This document shows positions 40,603-50,775 of a stretch of DNA of 64,000 nucleotides, piece by piece (the stretch's first letter is position 1; the number at the start of each line of letters is the position of its first letter). The DNA comes from Nitrospirota bacterium (GTDB lineage Bacteria; Nitrospirota; UBA9217), in NCBI GenBank assembly GCA_963818475.1, contig CAWFSF010000006.1:1152001-1216000 (forward strand), given 5' to 3'. The notes below the pieces were generated by a model. The model was not told the origin of the DNA. It searched no databases and saw nothing but the letters and a program-made list of their open reading frames with translations. Position numbers and translations under genes: made by a program.

Positions 40603-41864
40603 GAACGCGTAATGAATTTATCAACGGCGTCAATGGTCTTTTTGGCTGCGCCGGAATTCAATTCGATGACCTTGAACGCGCGTTCGCCGATCTGTTGCGC
40701 GCGGGTTGTATCGCTGAGCAGGCTGTCGAACTGAACATAGAGTTCCTGTTTGTCCTTGACCATGATGCCGCCGCCGGACGCTATGAGCGCTTCGGATATT
40801 TCCTTGAAATTGAACATGTATTTGCTGAAGATCACCGGTTTTTTTACGGCAGCGGGTTCCAGCAGATTATGCCCGCCGATCTTAACCAGGCTTCCGCCGA
40901 CAAAGGCGATGTCACAGACGGCATAGAATGACCTGAGCTCGCCGATCGTGTCAAGCAGCAGGACATCCTTGACTTGACCTTTGAGCCGGGTGCGTCGCTG
41001 GCATTCAAATCCGGCGCTGTGGACAAGGCCTTCAACCTCGTCGAATCGTTCGGGGTGGCGCGGTGCGATAATGAGCAGCAGTTCCGGGAATTTATCCCTT
41101 AGTCTCGCGAACACCCAGAGGAGCGTCTCTTCTTCGCCGCGATGCGTGCTCCCTGCAGTGATGACCTTGCGTGCTTTGGGTATGGCAACAGGGTGCCCAT
41201 GCGGCTCAGAGAGCTTCTGGTCGAACTTCAGATTGCCGGTGACCAGCACCCGGTCTGCCGCCGCCCCGATGGTTCTGATGCGCTCTGCATCATCCTCGGA
41301 CTGCATGCAGAACAGATCCACCTGTTCAAAGACCTGTCTGAAAAAATCTTTGAGCTTTACATAGTTCTTGAATGAATGCGGAGAGATCCTTCCGTTAATG
41401 ACCGCCGACGGTATTCCCGCGCGTTTCAGTTCTCTGAAAAAGTTAGGCCAGAGTTCGGTCTCGGCCACGAGCACCACGGCCGGATTGATCTTCTGCAGGA
41501 CCCTGCGGACCACGAAGGGATAATCAAACGGGAAAAAGAACACGGCATCCGCTTCGGGAACACGCTGGCGGGCCGTGTAATTTCCCGTGATCGTGACCGT
41601 GGAGATGATCAACTTCCGGCGAGGGTATTTTTTCTTGAGCTCACGAACGAGCGGGTGGACCGCCATGACCTCACCTACCGAAACAGCATGCACCCAGATC
41701 GGACGTTCGCCGGCTATCACGTCCATGACGTCCCTGCGGACCCAGCCAAGTTTCTGTGAAATGCCGCCGCGGTACTTCGGCACCGTAGCGAGCTTGAACA
41801 GGATGATCGGCAGAAAAAGAACGGTGCCGGCAAACAATAGCAGGTTGTATGCGGTGTAATACAT
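40599..41864 (-). CDS. waaA: Kdo transferase
   Basis: IWVHAVSVGE, ETELWPN, GSTH, APRHPER, DTIGEL, GGHNLLEP. Confidence 0.96.
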   Translation of the reverse strand: MYYTAYNLLLFAGTVLFLPIILFKLATVPKYRGGISQKLGWVRRDVMDVIAGERPIWVHAVSVGEVMAVHPLVRELKKKYPRRKLIISTVTITGNYTARQRVPEADAVFFFPFDYPFVVRRVLQKINPAVVLVAETELWPNFFRELKRAGIPSAVINGRISPHSFKNYVKLKDFFRQVFEQVDLFCMQSEDDAERIRTIGAAADRVLVTGNLKFDQKLSEPHGHPVAIPKARKVITAGSTHRGEEETLLWVFARLRDKFPELLLIIAPRHPERFDEVEGLVHSAGFECQRRTRLKGQVKDVLLLDTIGELRSFYAVCDIAFVGGSLVKIGGHNLLEPAAVKKPVIFSKYMFNFKEISEALIASGGGIMVKDKQELYVQFDSLLSDTTRAQQIGERAFKVIELNSGAAKKTIDAVDKFITRS

Positions 41865-41884
41865 AATGCTCCCTCGCGATGGGG

Positions 41885-42535
41885 TCATGCTGACCGTCTT
41901 GTGAAATATCCGTCTGCATCGGCCAGAAGACGGTTCAAGGCCGTTTGTAATTCTTTCCGTTTTGACTCCAGGACGTCTTCGGACATTCCGTCGACCGTGA
42001 TCGGTTCCCCGTACATGACGATCGCGCGCGTGAACGGCACAGGCAGCAGATATTTGTCCCAGATCCGGTCGAGTATCCAGAACCGTTTTGCGCTGGTGAT
42101 CACCGGCACGATCGGCTTGTCCAATTTGGCTGCCAGATAGGTGACCCCGTGCTTGACCTCATACAGGGGGCCGCGGGGACCGTCCACCGCGAGAGCAACA
42201 TGTTTGCCCCGTCGCAGGCCATCGACGAGGCCCAGGAGGGCCTGGGCACCTTTCCGTTTGCTTGAACCCCGCACAATCTCAAACCCGAACCGCGTCAGAA
42301 CGCCGGCCTGGATCTCCCCGTCCCTGCTTTCACTTGCAGGGATGACGACCCCAAGCCTCCGGTGGGTATGGAACAGCAAAAATTGCCTGCCGTGCCAGAA
42401 TGCAAAAATGATGTTTTTGCCCTCGGATTTGAGGCGATCAGGGACCTCTTTGTTGACAAAGGTGATCCGCAGCGTCCTGCACCAGAGGGACAGCAGCGCC
42501 CAGCCGATGAACGATAGAATCCGTGCCCTCATCAT
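41885..42535 (-). CDS. DUF374 lysophospholipid-acyltransferase-like protein
   Basis: FAFWHG, SESRDGE, VRGSS, VDGPRGP, WDKYLLPVPF. Confidence 0.85.
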   Translation of the reverse strand: MMRARILSFIGWALLSLWCRTLRITFVNKEVPDRLKSEGKNIIFAFWHGRQFLLFHTHRRLGVVIPASESRDGEIQAGVLTRFGFEIVRGSSKRKGAQALLGLVDGLRRGKHVALAVDGPRGPLYEVKHGVTYLAAKLDKPIVPVITSAKRFWILDRIWDKYLLPVPFTRAIVMYGEPITVDGMSEDVLESKRKELQTALNRLLADADGYFTRRSA

Positions 42536-44274
42536 TACAGCATCCTTGCCGGCGGCTCGTCCCTGAACTGCTGATCATGCAAATGCTTGTATTCACCGCC
42601 GAGCGCCAACAGTTCCTCATGCCTGCCCTCTTCGACGATCCTGCCGTTCTTCAGGACAATGATCCGGCTTGCATTGATGATCGTCGAGAGACGGTGGGCG
42701 ATCACAAAACTGGTGCGCCCGCGCATCAGCGTGTCGAGTGCTTTCTGGACCTCCCGTTCGGACTCGGAATCGAGGGAGGATGTGGCTTCGTCGAGCACCA
42801 GGATCGGCGCATTCTTGAGCAGCGCCCGTGCGATCGACAACCGCTGGCGCTGGCCGCCCGAAAGCTTGACGCCGGCCTCGCCGATCATCGTATCATAACC
42901 CAGGGGAAGTGCCTCGATGAAGTCATCGGCTTGTGCCGCTTTGGCGGCACGAACGATCTCTTCCATGGTGCACAAGGGGTTCCCATAGGCTATATTACTC
43001 TTAACCGTATCGTTAAAAAGGATGGTCTGCTGCGTGACGATCGCCATATGCGAGCGGAGCGATGCCGTCGTGGTGTCCCGAAGGTCGACCCCGCCGATCG
43101 TGATCATGCCGCCGGTCACGTCGTAAAAACGGGGTATAAGATTGACGAGGGTGGTCTTGCCTCCCCCGCTCTTCCCGACAATGGCGATGGTCTCCCCCGT
43201 CCTGACCGTGAGATTGATGTCCTTCAGCACGAGATCATCTTCGTATTGGAACGAAACGTCGTGGAACTCGATCGTTTTGAAATCGTGAGACATGGCAACG
43301 GCGTCCTGTTTGTCCTGTATCTCCGGCCTGGTGTCGAGGATCTCGAAGATGCGTTTCGCCGCTGCCATGCCGTCCTGGACCGTACTGTTGATCCCGTTCA
43401 ATTCCTTGAGCGGGCGGTAAAAAAAGACCAGAGCCATCATGAATGAAAAGAATTCGCCGACGGTCATGACGCCCCGTCCTATGGAGTAAATGCCGTACAC
43501 AATGACCATTGACGTGCCGAGCATGGAGATGAACTCCATGACCGGATGAGAAAGGGCGCTGGTCTTGATCGCACGCATGAAGGAATTGAAGAGCGATTTG
43601 TTCCGTTCCGCGAAACGCCTGCTTTCGTATTCCTCCATGCCGAAGGCCTTTACGATGCGCACACCGGCGATCGTCTCATGCAGATGCGTGTTCAGCACCG
43701 CCAGCTGTTCCTGCATCTGGGTGCTGACGCCGCGAAAGCGCCGGCTGAATCGAGAAAGAGCGAATCCGGCAAGTGGAAGCACGATGATGGACAGGGTAGC
43801 GAGCCGCCAGTTCAGATAGATGATATATCCCGTGAGCGCGGCCATGGTCAGGATGCCCTGGGCCAGGCTGGAGGGTGCGCGGGTCAGAGCGCCCTGAACA
43901 AGGTTAACATCATTGGTGATCCGCGACATAATGACCCCCGTAGGGGTCCTGGTAAAGTAGGAGAAGGAAAGGCTCTGAATATGTGCATACAACTGGTCAC
44001 GGATATTATTGACGATCTTTTGACCTACGTAGCCCAGAAAATAATCACGGACGTATGCAGTGACCCCCTTGAGAGCACTGACGGGGATCAGTCCCAGGGC
44101 AAGCAGCAGGCCGAGTTTCATGTCATTGGCAAGCACGACCTTATCCAGCATCGGCTTCACCAGATAGGTCTGGGCGGAGATCATGGCGCTGGTCAGCCCC
44201 ATGAAAATAACAGCCCACACAAGCCGCATCTTATAGGGTACAAGGTAGAGCAGTAATCTTTTGTAAATATCCAT
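42535..44274 (-). CDS. msbA: Lipid A export ABC transporter
   Basis: 6-TM domain, GKSGGGKT, LSGGQRQR, LDEATSSLD; lies in lpx cluster. Confidence 0.9.
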   Translation of the reverse strand: MDIYKRLLLYLVPYKMRLVWAVIFMGLTSAMISAQTYLVKPMLDKVVLANDMKLGLLLALGLIPVSALKGVTAYVRDYFLGYVGQKIVNNIRDQLYAHIQSLSFSYFTRTPTGVIMSRITNDVNLVQGALTRAPSSLAQGILTMAALTGYIIYLNWRLATLSIIVLPLAGFALSRFSRRFRGVSTQMQEQLAVLNTHLHETIAGVRIVKAFGMEEYESRRFAERNKSLFNSFMRAIKTSALSHPVMEFISMLGTSMVIVYGIYSIGRGVMTVGEFFSFMMALVFFYRPLKELNGINSTVQDGMAAAKRIFEILDTRPEIQDKQDAVAMSHDFKTIEFHDVSFQYEDDLVLKDINLTVRTGETIAIVGKSGGGKTTLVNLIPRFYDVTGGMITIGGVDLRDTTTASLRSHMAIVTQQTILFNDTVKSNIAYGNPLCTMEEIVRAAKAAQADDFIEALPLGYDTMIGEAGVKLSGGQRQRLSIARALLKNAPILVLDEATSSLDSESEREVQKALDTLMRGRTSFVIAHRLSTIINASRIIVLKNGRIVEEGRHEELLALGGEYKHLHDQQFRDEPPARML

Positions 44275-44279
44275 AGGTG

Positions 44280-45424
44280 CTAGGTGCTGCCTTTCATGAA
44301 TTCCATGACCACCGATGCGGCCCGTGCCGAAGCGCCATCTTCACCCAACTGGGACCGCAGCTTCAACAAACCGGTTCGTATCCGCTTGTAGTGTGCGGGA
44401 TCGTTCAGCATGCAGGATACCTCGTCAGCGATCTTCTGCGGCGTTACCTCATGCTGAATGAGCTCGGGCACGAGCCTCTGGTTCGCAACGATGTTCACCA
44501 GCCCCACATGCGCGAGGCCGCGCACCAGTTTCGTAACCAAAAAATAGGTCATCGCCGAGATGCGGTAGACGATCACCATGGGTACGGCCATGAGCCCGGC
44601 CTCGAGGGTGGCTGTTCCTGACGTCACGATAGCCGTATCCGACGCCCGGAGTACATCATACACTCTTCCCTCTGCAAGATGAACCGGTACGTTGCTCTGC
44701 TCGACATAGGATCGAACATAAGACGCGATCAAGAGTCGGCGCTACAGGCAGAACGAATTGCAGGTCCTGAAAGCGCGACAAGAGCAGCCGGGCGGCGCCA
44801 AGCATGTCAGGGAGCAGATTGGCGATCTCACCCCTTCTGCTGCCGGGCAGGAGCGCAACGGTGCGTTTGCCCGGATCAAGGCCGAGCGCCTGCTTCGCTT
44901 CTTGCTGTGTGTAACCTGACCTGACTACGTCTGTCAGAGGATGCCCCACGAACCGCACATCAACTCCCGCTTTTTCATAGAGCGGAACTTCAAAGGGAAA
45001 GACAACGATCATGGCCTTGACAAGACGGGCGATCTTCTTGATCCTGCCCTTGCGCCATACCCAGACCTGGGGGCTTATGTAATAGACGCACCGGTATGCC
45101 GAGCTTCTGCGCCGCCTTGCCCAGCATGATATTGAAATCGGGAAAATCTATCAGGATCAGGAGGTCAGGCCGTTCTTCCCTCAGGAATTTCTTGAGTTTC
45201 GCATACACCCCGTAGATAGGGCGGATATGGGTCAATACTTCCGTGATCCCCACAACCGAGATCGAGGAGGCGTCAGCCAGCATCCGGACACCGGCATCGC
45301 GCATCTGCTTGCTGCCCACACCGTAAATGGCAGCAGCAGGGTCCTGCTTCCCTATTTCCCGCGCCAGGTTCGCACCGTGAAGATCGCCGGATGCTTCGCC
45401 AGCCATGATCATAATTTTTTTCAT
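44280..45424 (-). CDS. lpxB: Lipid-A-disaccharide synthase, two frameshifts
   Basis: AGEASGDLHG, IDFPDFN, FPFE, VGHPL, LLPGSR, SGTATLE, PELIQ. Confidence 0.95.
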
Positions 45425-45430
45425 AAGCAA

Positions 45431-45547
45431 CAAATCACAAGCGCCAAATGACAAATAAATACCAATAACCAAATATCAGCTCCAAACGATTGGGAAATTG
45501 GAACTTGTAATTTGGATATTATTTGTTATTTGGGATTTGATATTTGG
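45431..45547. repeat. AT-rich fold-back element of 7-bp CAAAT-type units
   Basis: CAAATCA CAAGCGC CAAATGA CAAATAAATAC CAATAAC CAAATAT ... GAAATTG GAACTTG TAATTTG GATATTATTTG TTATTTG GGATTTG ATATTTG. Confidence 0.85.
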
Positions 45548-45559
45548 ATTTTTCCATTC

Positions 45560-46660
45560 TTAGAGCGCCTTTTTCACAGCGTCGGCCACAAGCTTGATCT
45601 GCTCCTCGGTCAACTCCGGGTACATGGGCAGGGACAGGACTTCAAGAGCAGCCTGCTCGGCGTTCGGCAGGCTTCCGGACTTCATGCCCAGGTCTTTATA
45701 GGCGGCCTGTGCGTGCAGCGGCACCGGGTAGTAGATCATGGACGAAGTCACGTTTCCGGCATCGAGTTTCTGTTTTACCGCGTCCCTGTTCTTGACCCTG
45801 ATCGTATACTGATGGAACACATGCTTCGTACCCTGCTGCTCCGAAGGCGTCTGGATGCCCGTTCCGGCCAGGAACTTATTATACAGAAAGGCATTGTTCC
45901 TGCGTTTTGCATTATAATCGTCAATGTGCTTGAACTTGATCCTCAGGATCGCGGCCTGGATCTCGTCGAGCCGGCTGTTGTACCCGATCTCGTCGTGATA
46001 GTACCGAACGCGGCTGCCATGGTTCCTGAGGCTATGCATGTGTTCGGCCAGTGTTGCGTCGTCGGTGACCACCATGCCGCCGTCACCATAGGCGCCAAGG
46101 TTCTTGCTCGGAAAGAAGCTGAAGCAGCCGATATCGCCGAATGCACCGGTCTTTTTGCCGCGGTATTCAGCGCCAAAGGACTGCGCGCAATCCTCGATGA
46201 CCTTGAGGCCGTGTTTTTTTGCCAGTTGCATGAGCCCGTCCATCTCGACCGGCGCTCCGTAGAGGTGGACCGGAATGATGGCTTTGGTCTTCTTCGTGAT
46301 CGCAGCTTCGATCTTCGAGATATCCATGTTATAGGTGATTGGGTCAATATCAATGAACACAGGCACGGCTCCGATGTAGGATGCCGCCTCGGCTGTGGCG
46401 ATGAAGGTAAAGGGAGTGGTGATGACCTCGTCGCCTCGTTTGATGCCAGCAGCCAGGAGCGCCAGGTGCAGGGCATCGGTGCCCGAAGCCACGGCAATAG
46501 CATGTTTAACGCCGTGATAGGCGGCAATCGAGTCCTCGAGCGCTTTTCCCTGAGGTCCGAGGATAAAATGAGTGCTCTGGATCACGCCCTGGACCGCGCT
46601 CATAATTTCATCATGAATCGCTTCGTACTGGATCTTGAGATCAACCATGGGTACTGACAT
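45560..46660 (-). CDS. gnnB: DegT-family aminotransferase, probable GnnB (UDP-3-keto-GlcNAc aminotransferase)
   Basis: SGTDAL, PVHLYG, EDCAQS, SFFPSKNLGAYGDGG, NSRLDEIQAA; lies between lpxA/lpxI and lpxB. Confidence 0.75.
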   Translation of the reverse strand: MSVPMVDLKIQYEAIHDEIMSAVQGVIQSTHFILGPQGKALEDSIAAYHGVKHAIAVASGTDALHLALLAAGIKRGDEVITTPFTFIATAEAASYIGAVPVFIDIDPITYNMDISKIEAAITKKTKAIIPVHLYGAPVEMDGLMQLAKKHGLKVIEDCAQSFGAEYRGKKTGAFGDIGCFSFFPSKNLGAYGDGGMVVTDDATLAEHMHSLRNHGSRVRYYHDEIGYNSRLDEIQAAILRIKFKHIDDYNAKRRNNAFLYNKFLAGTGIQTPSEQQGTKHVFHQYTIRVKNRDAVKQKLDAGNVTSSMIYYPVPLHAQAAYKDLGMKSGSLPNAEQAALEVLSLPMYPELTEEQIKLVADAVKKAL

Positions 46661-46677
46661 GCTGTGCGGACTCCTCT

Positions 46678-47628
46678 CTATTGTACCGGTACGAAACCGG
46701 CAACACCCTGTTCAATGGTGCGGGTAATGATCTGTGCCAGGGCAAGCGCCCTTTTTCCTTCGATTCCTGAAACGAGCGGACGTGTTTTCTGTTCGACACT
46801 CCTGACAAAGGCCTTGATCTCTTCGAGCAGGGTGTCGCGCCGTTCCAGAGAAATATCCTCGGTTGCCAGTTCAAGTGTTGCGCCGTCCCGGCGGCATGAC
46901 CGAAAGGCCTTCTGGGTCTGAAAATCAGCCGTGTAGAAGCTGGTATCGTCAAACACGCGGAGCAGCCGCTTCTTCTCCTCGGACACCCTGCTCGCGATAA
47001 CATCGGCGATGCAGCCGTTCGTGAACAGAATCCGCGCTGAAGCAATATCGATCTCTTTCGTGATGACCGAAGCGCCGGCGGCGCTCACCTCGCGGACCTC
47101 GGCGTTGGCAAGGTCCATGACGATGTCAAGGTCGTGGATCATCAGGTCAAGGACCACATTCACATCAGTGCACCGCACGGTGAACGGTGCTGCCCGCTCG
47201 GCCGTGATGTAGCGCGGTGCTTTCAGGAGCGGCTTGATCACGGTGATCGCCGGGCTGAACCGCTCGATGTGCCCTACCTGAAAGACGCAACTTTTGTCCG
47301 TTGCCAGCTTGATCAGTTCATCGGCTTGTTCAAGCGTCACCGTGATCGGTTTTTCAAGCAGAACATGGACTCCCTGCTCGAGAAATTGTTTTGCCACGCG
47401 GTGGTGCAGGATGGTGGGTACCACGATGCTGACCACGTCCACGGAGCCAAGAAGGTCTGCAGGGTCGGAAAATGAGCGGGTGTTCAGCTTCTGTGCGATC
47501 TGGGCAGCCCGTGCCGGGTCGGCATCGACCACGCCCGCCAGTTTCACCTGGGGCAGTGACGCATACTTCTCGGCATGAAACTGACCGAGATATCCAACGC
47601 CGATGACACCGGCCCGCAGCTTCTTCAT
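46678..47628 (-). CDS. gnnA: Gfo/Idh/MocA oxidoreductase, probable GnnA (UDP-GlcNAc 3-dehydrogenase)
   Basis: GVIGVGYLGQFH, EKP, VGHIERF, DLMIHDLD; synteny. Confidence 0.78.
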   Translation of the reverse strand: MKKLRAGVIGVGYLGQFHAEKYASLPQVKLAGVVDADPARAAQIAQKLNTRSFSDPADLLGSVDVVSIVVPTILHHRVAKQFLEQGVHVLLEKPITVTLEQADELIKLATDKSCVFQVGHIERFSPAITVIKPLLKAPRYITAERAAPFTVRCTDVNVVLDLMIHDLDIVMDLANAEVREVSAAGASVITKEIDIASARILFTNGCIADVIASRVSEEKKRLLRVFDDTSFYTADFQTQKAFRSCRRDGATLELATEDISLERRDTLLEEIKAFVRSVEQKTRPLVSGIEGKRALALAQIITRTIEQGVAGFVPVQ

Positions 47629-48446
47629 ATGACTCCCTGCTCGTTCTGCACCGCTATGATCGATATCCCCGCCCGGTCGGCTTCTTGAAGCAGCGTTTCC
47701 CGGTCGAGGATGATGGTTTTGCCTGACTCGATGGCAAGGCAGGCTGCTTTTACCTGTGTCATGGAAGCAATGGTCTGCGGGCCGATGGCCGGCAAGTCGA
47801 ATCGGAGATCCTGATGGGGCTTGCACACCTTGATCACTACGGCACCGCTTCCGCAGAGCAGTCCGCCTCGTTTTATGGCCTCGTCCGTCCCTTCAATGGC
47901 CTCAACGGCAAGCACGGCCTGGTCTTTGACCACGAGCGTCTGTCCGATATCCAGTTTGCCGATCTCTTTGGCCATCTGCCAGCCGAACTCGATATCGAGT
48001 TTCTCCTCTTTCGACGGTTTTCGTTTTGTCAGCACGCCGGGCGTTGCCAGAAGGTTGTCGAGATAGAGGGTCGATTCACGGACCGTGATCCCTTCGGATT
48101 CCAGTTCGGTTGCCACCGCGCGAAGCAGCGAGTCGTCCTTTTTGTGGATCATGCGGGCGAGAAAAGCCATGCCGCGCAGATCAGGAAGGGCACCGTCGAA
48201 CAGACGGGTTTTTTTTATCCCGCCGGCCATAAGTACATCATGTACATCGTGGTCTTTAAAGATCTTGATGAGCTTGCCGAGCTGCCCGACCTTGACCCAG
48301 AAAATGCTGTCCACCCATTGCGCAAGCTCCGGCAGGGTTTCGCCTTCATGGGCCACGGCGATAACCGTAAGCCCCTTCTGCTTCGCGGCCCGGGCAAAGG
48401 CCAAAGGGAACGAACCGTTGCCTGCTATTAAACCGATCTTATTCAT
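47625..48446 (-). CDS. lpxI: UDP-2,3-diacylglucosamine diphosphatase LpxI
   Basis: IGLIAGNGSFP, LDIGQT, AVEAIEGTD, QDLRFDLPAIG. Confidence 0.93.
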   Translation of the reverse strand: MNKIGLIAGNGSFPLAFARAAKQKGLTVIAVAHEGETLPELAQWVDSIFWVKVGQLGKLIKIFKDHDVHDVLMAGGIKKTRLFDGALPDLRGMAFLARMIHKKDDSLLRAVATELESEGITVRESTLYLDNLLATPGVLTKRKPSKEEKLDIEFGWQMAKEIGKLDIGQTLVVKDQAVLAVEAIEGTDEAIKRGGLLCGSGAVVIKVCKPHQDLRFDLPAIGPQTIASMTQVKAACLAIESGKTIILDRETLLQEADRAGISIIAVQNEQGVI

Positions 48447-48449
48447 TTG

Positions 48450-49226
48450 TTACCGGGTCACGCCCCGTTTTGAGTGGCGCATGAAGTCGACTAAATGATT
48501 CACTTCTTTCGAGTCCGGGAAGTCCTGCAGCGTCTTCTTGAATGCTTCCTCCTGTGTCAGACCGGACCGGAAAATGATCTTATATGCCTGCTTGAGGTTA
48601 TTGATCACCTCGTCGCTGAAACCTTTTCGTTTCAGGCCAATGGTGTTCAGACCATAGAGCTGCGCACGATTGCCGGTGGCATTGACATAAGGCGGCACAT
48701 CGAGCACGATGGCGGACTGCCCGCCGATCATGGAGTATGCGCCGACCCGGACGAACTGGTGGATGCCGACGATCGCTCCGAGAAGAGCATAATCTTCGAC
48801 AACGACATGGCCACCGAAGGCAGCGTTGTTGGCCATGATGATATTGTTCCCCAGCTTGCAGTCATGGGCAACGTGGATATAGGACATCAGGAAGTTCCGG
48901 TTGCCGATCTCGGTTTTCCGGTCCGCTTTGGTCGTGGCGCGATGCACGGTCGCATATTCGCGGATAACATTGTCATCGCCGATGATGACATAGGTCTCTT
49001 CCTGGAGCTTATAGCCGATATCCTGCGGAGGCGTGCCGATGCTGGTGAACGAATGAATATGGTTCCGTTCGCCGATCGTGGTCCATCCCTCGATCAACGC
49101 ATGGGAGCCGACCTTCGTGTCCCTGCCGATGCTGACGTGTTCGCCAATGACCGTGTAAGGTCCGATCTCTACACCTTCGGCGATCCTGGCGTTCGGATGC
49201 ACTATGGCTGTTTGATGAATACTCAC
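48450..49226 (-). CDS. lpxA: Acyl-ACP--UDP-GlcNAc acyltransferase
   Basis: Hexapeptide repeats, PQD, IRE..TVHRAT, HVAHDC, HQF, DVPPY. Confidence 0.96.
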   Translation of the reverse strand: MSIHQTAIVHPNARIAEGVEIGPYTVIGEHVSIGRDTKVGSHALIEGWTTIGERNHIHSFTSIGTPPQDIGYKLQEETYVIIGDDNVIREYATVHRATTKADRKTEIGNRNFLMSYIHVAHDCKLGNNIIMANNAAFGGHVVVEDYALLGAIVGIHQFVRVGAYSMIGGQSAIVLDVPPYVNATGNRAQLYGLNTIGLKRKGFSDEVINNLKQAYKIIFRSGLTQEEAFKKTLQDFPDSKEVNHLVDFMRHSKRGVTR

Positions 49227-49254
49227 TGCTTTCTCCTGAAATTGTTCAGTACTA

Positions 49255-49698
49255 TTACTTGTCTACGATCATGGCCATCATCTCGGCCTCGGCCACGGTA
49301 ACAGCGCCCACTTTGGCAACACCTTTGAAGCTATGAATGTTCCCACGGGTCTTGATAATTTCCATCTCAAACTGCACCTGGTCGCCGGGACCGACGGGCT
49401 TGCGGAATTTTGCCTTGTCAATACTCATAAAATAGAGGACCTTTTTTTCAGGCTCAGCAGCTGACATGAGGGCCAGCACACCGGCGGTCTGTGCCATGGC
49501 CTCGATGAGCAGCACGCCGGGCATGATGGGATGGCCGGGGAAATGTCCCTGGAAAAAAGGTTCATTAATGGTCACATTTTTTATGCCAATGATGCGCTTG
49601 GCAGCTTCCCACTCAAGGATTTTGTCGATCAAGAGAAATGGATACCGGTGTGGCAATAGGCTCATGATCTTGTTTATATCAAGCACCTGCTCTCCCAT
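49255..49698 (-). CDS. fabZ: 3-hydroxyacyl-ACP dehydratase
   Basis: LPHRYPFLLID, FFQGHFP..PIMPGVL.IEAMAQ. Confidence 0.97.
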   Translation of the reverse strand: MGEQVLDINKIMSLLPHRYPFLLIDKILEWEAAKRIIGIKNVTINEPFFQGHFPGHPIMPGVLLIEAMAQTAGVLALMSAAEPEKKVLYFMSIDKAKFRKPVGPGDQVQFEMEIIKTRGNIHSFKGVAKVGAVTVAEAEMMAMIVDK

Positions 49699-49710
49699 AT
49701 GTTCTCCCCC

Positions 49711-50739
49711 CTACGTTCCCGTAATTTTTGTCTTTAATTCATGAACTTGTTTTTCCAGGCTTGCGATGAGTTTTTTCATTTCCGGCAGTCTGGGCAGGAC
49801 CGCCTGCACCTTGAGCCAATCCCTGATCGGCATGGCATAAAATCCGGCGATGACCTGCCCTGCTGCAACATCCTGCGCGATCACCGCTTTACCGCCGGCC
49901 ATGACTCGATCGCCGACCTTGGTGTGGTCAGCCACACCGACCTGGCCGCCGAACACGACATAACTGCCGATGGTTGTGCTACCGGCGATCCCCACCTGGC
50001 CCGCGATAAGGCAGTGTTCGCCGATCGTTACGTTGTGGGCAATATGCACCTGGTTGTCGAGTTTGGTGCCTTTCCTGATCAGCGTGTTCCCCAGCGTTGC
50101 CCGGTCGATGGTGCAGTTCCCGCCGATCTCTACGTCATCTTCGATAATGACCCCTCCGACCTGGGGAATCTTATGGTGCCGGCCGCTATCGGTCACAAAA
50201 CCGAAACCATCGCTGCCGAGCACGGTGCCGGCATGAATAATGACCCGTTTGCCGATCGTCACCCGGTCTCCGATACTGACCTGCGAATGGATCACGGTGT
50301 CGTCATCAATGACGGAATCTTTTCCGACGAACACTCCCGGATGGAGCGTAACACGATCGCCGATCCTCGCGCCCTCGGCAACGGTCACGAAGGGATGGAT
50401 CGACGGTTCCGTACCGATGAGAACATCCTTGCCGATCGCTGCCTTGTCGCTGATGCCGGCGGGAGCAAAGGGCGGAACGTAGAACAGCGTGAGCGCCTGT
50501 GCAAAGGCGAGTTTGGGATTCTTTACCCGCAGGACCGGCATCGGGACCGGAGGCGTATCAAACGGCACGAATGCCGCTGTTGCCCGGGACCGGGCAAGGT
50601 CCTTGAGGTACTGCGTTCCCGCAATAAAGGTGACGCATCCGGGCGTCGCCTCAAATAGACCGGCAACTGCCGTGATCTCGACGTCATCGGGACCATCCAG
50701 CCGTGCGTTCACAGCAAGGGCCAGTTCTTTCAGTTTCAT
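49711..50739 (-). CDS. lpxD: UDP-3-O-acyl-glucosamine N-acyltransferase
   Basis: GSDGFGF, KIPQVG, TIDRA, KLDNQVHIAHN. Confidence 0.96.
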   Translation of the reverse strand: MKLKELALAVNARLDGPDDVEITAVAGLFEATPGCVTFIAGTQYLKDLARSRATAAFVPFDTPPVPMPVLRVKNPKLAFAQALTLFYVPPFAPAGISDKAAIGKDVLIGTEPSIHPFVTVAEGARIGDRVTLHPGVFVGKDSVIDDDTVIHSQVSIGDRVTIGKRVIIHAGTVLGSDGFGFVTDSGRHHKIPQVGGVIIEDDVEIGGNCTIDRATLGNTLIRKGTKLDNQVHIAHNVTIGEHCLIAGQVGIAGSTTIGSYVVFGGQVGVADHTKVGDRVMAGGKAVIAQDVAAGQVIAGFYAMPIRDWLKVQAVLPRLPEMKKLIASLEKQVHELKTKITGT

Positions 50740-50775
50740 GGTCAATCCCCGTGAAGCAACAGTCTTGATTGCTGG

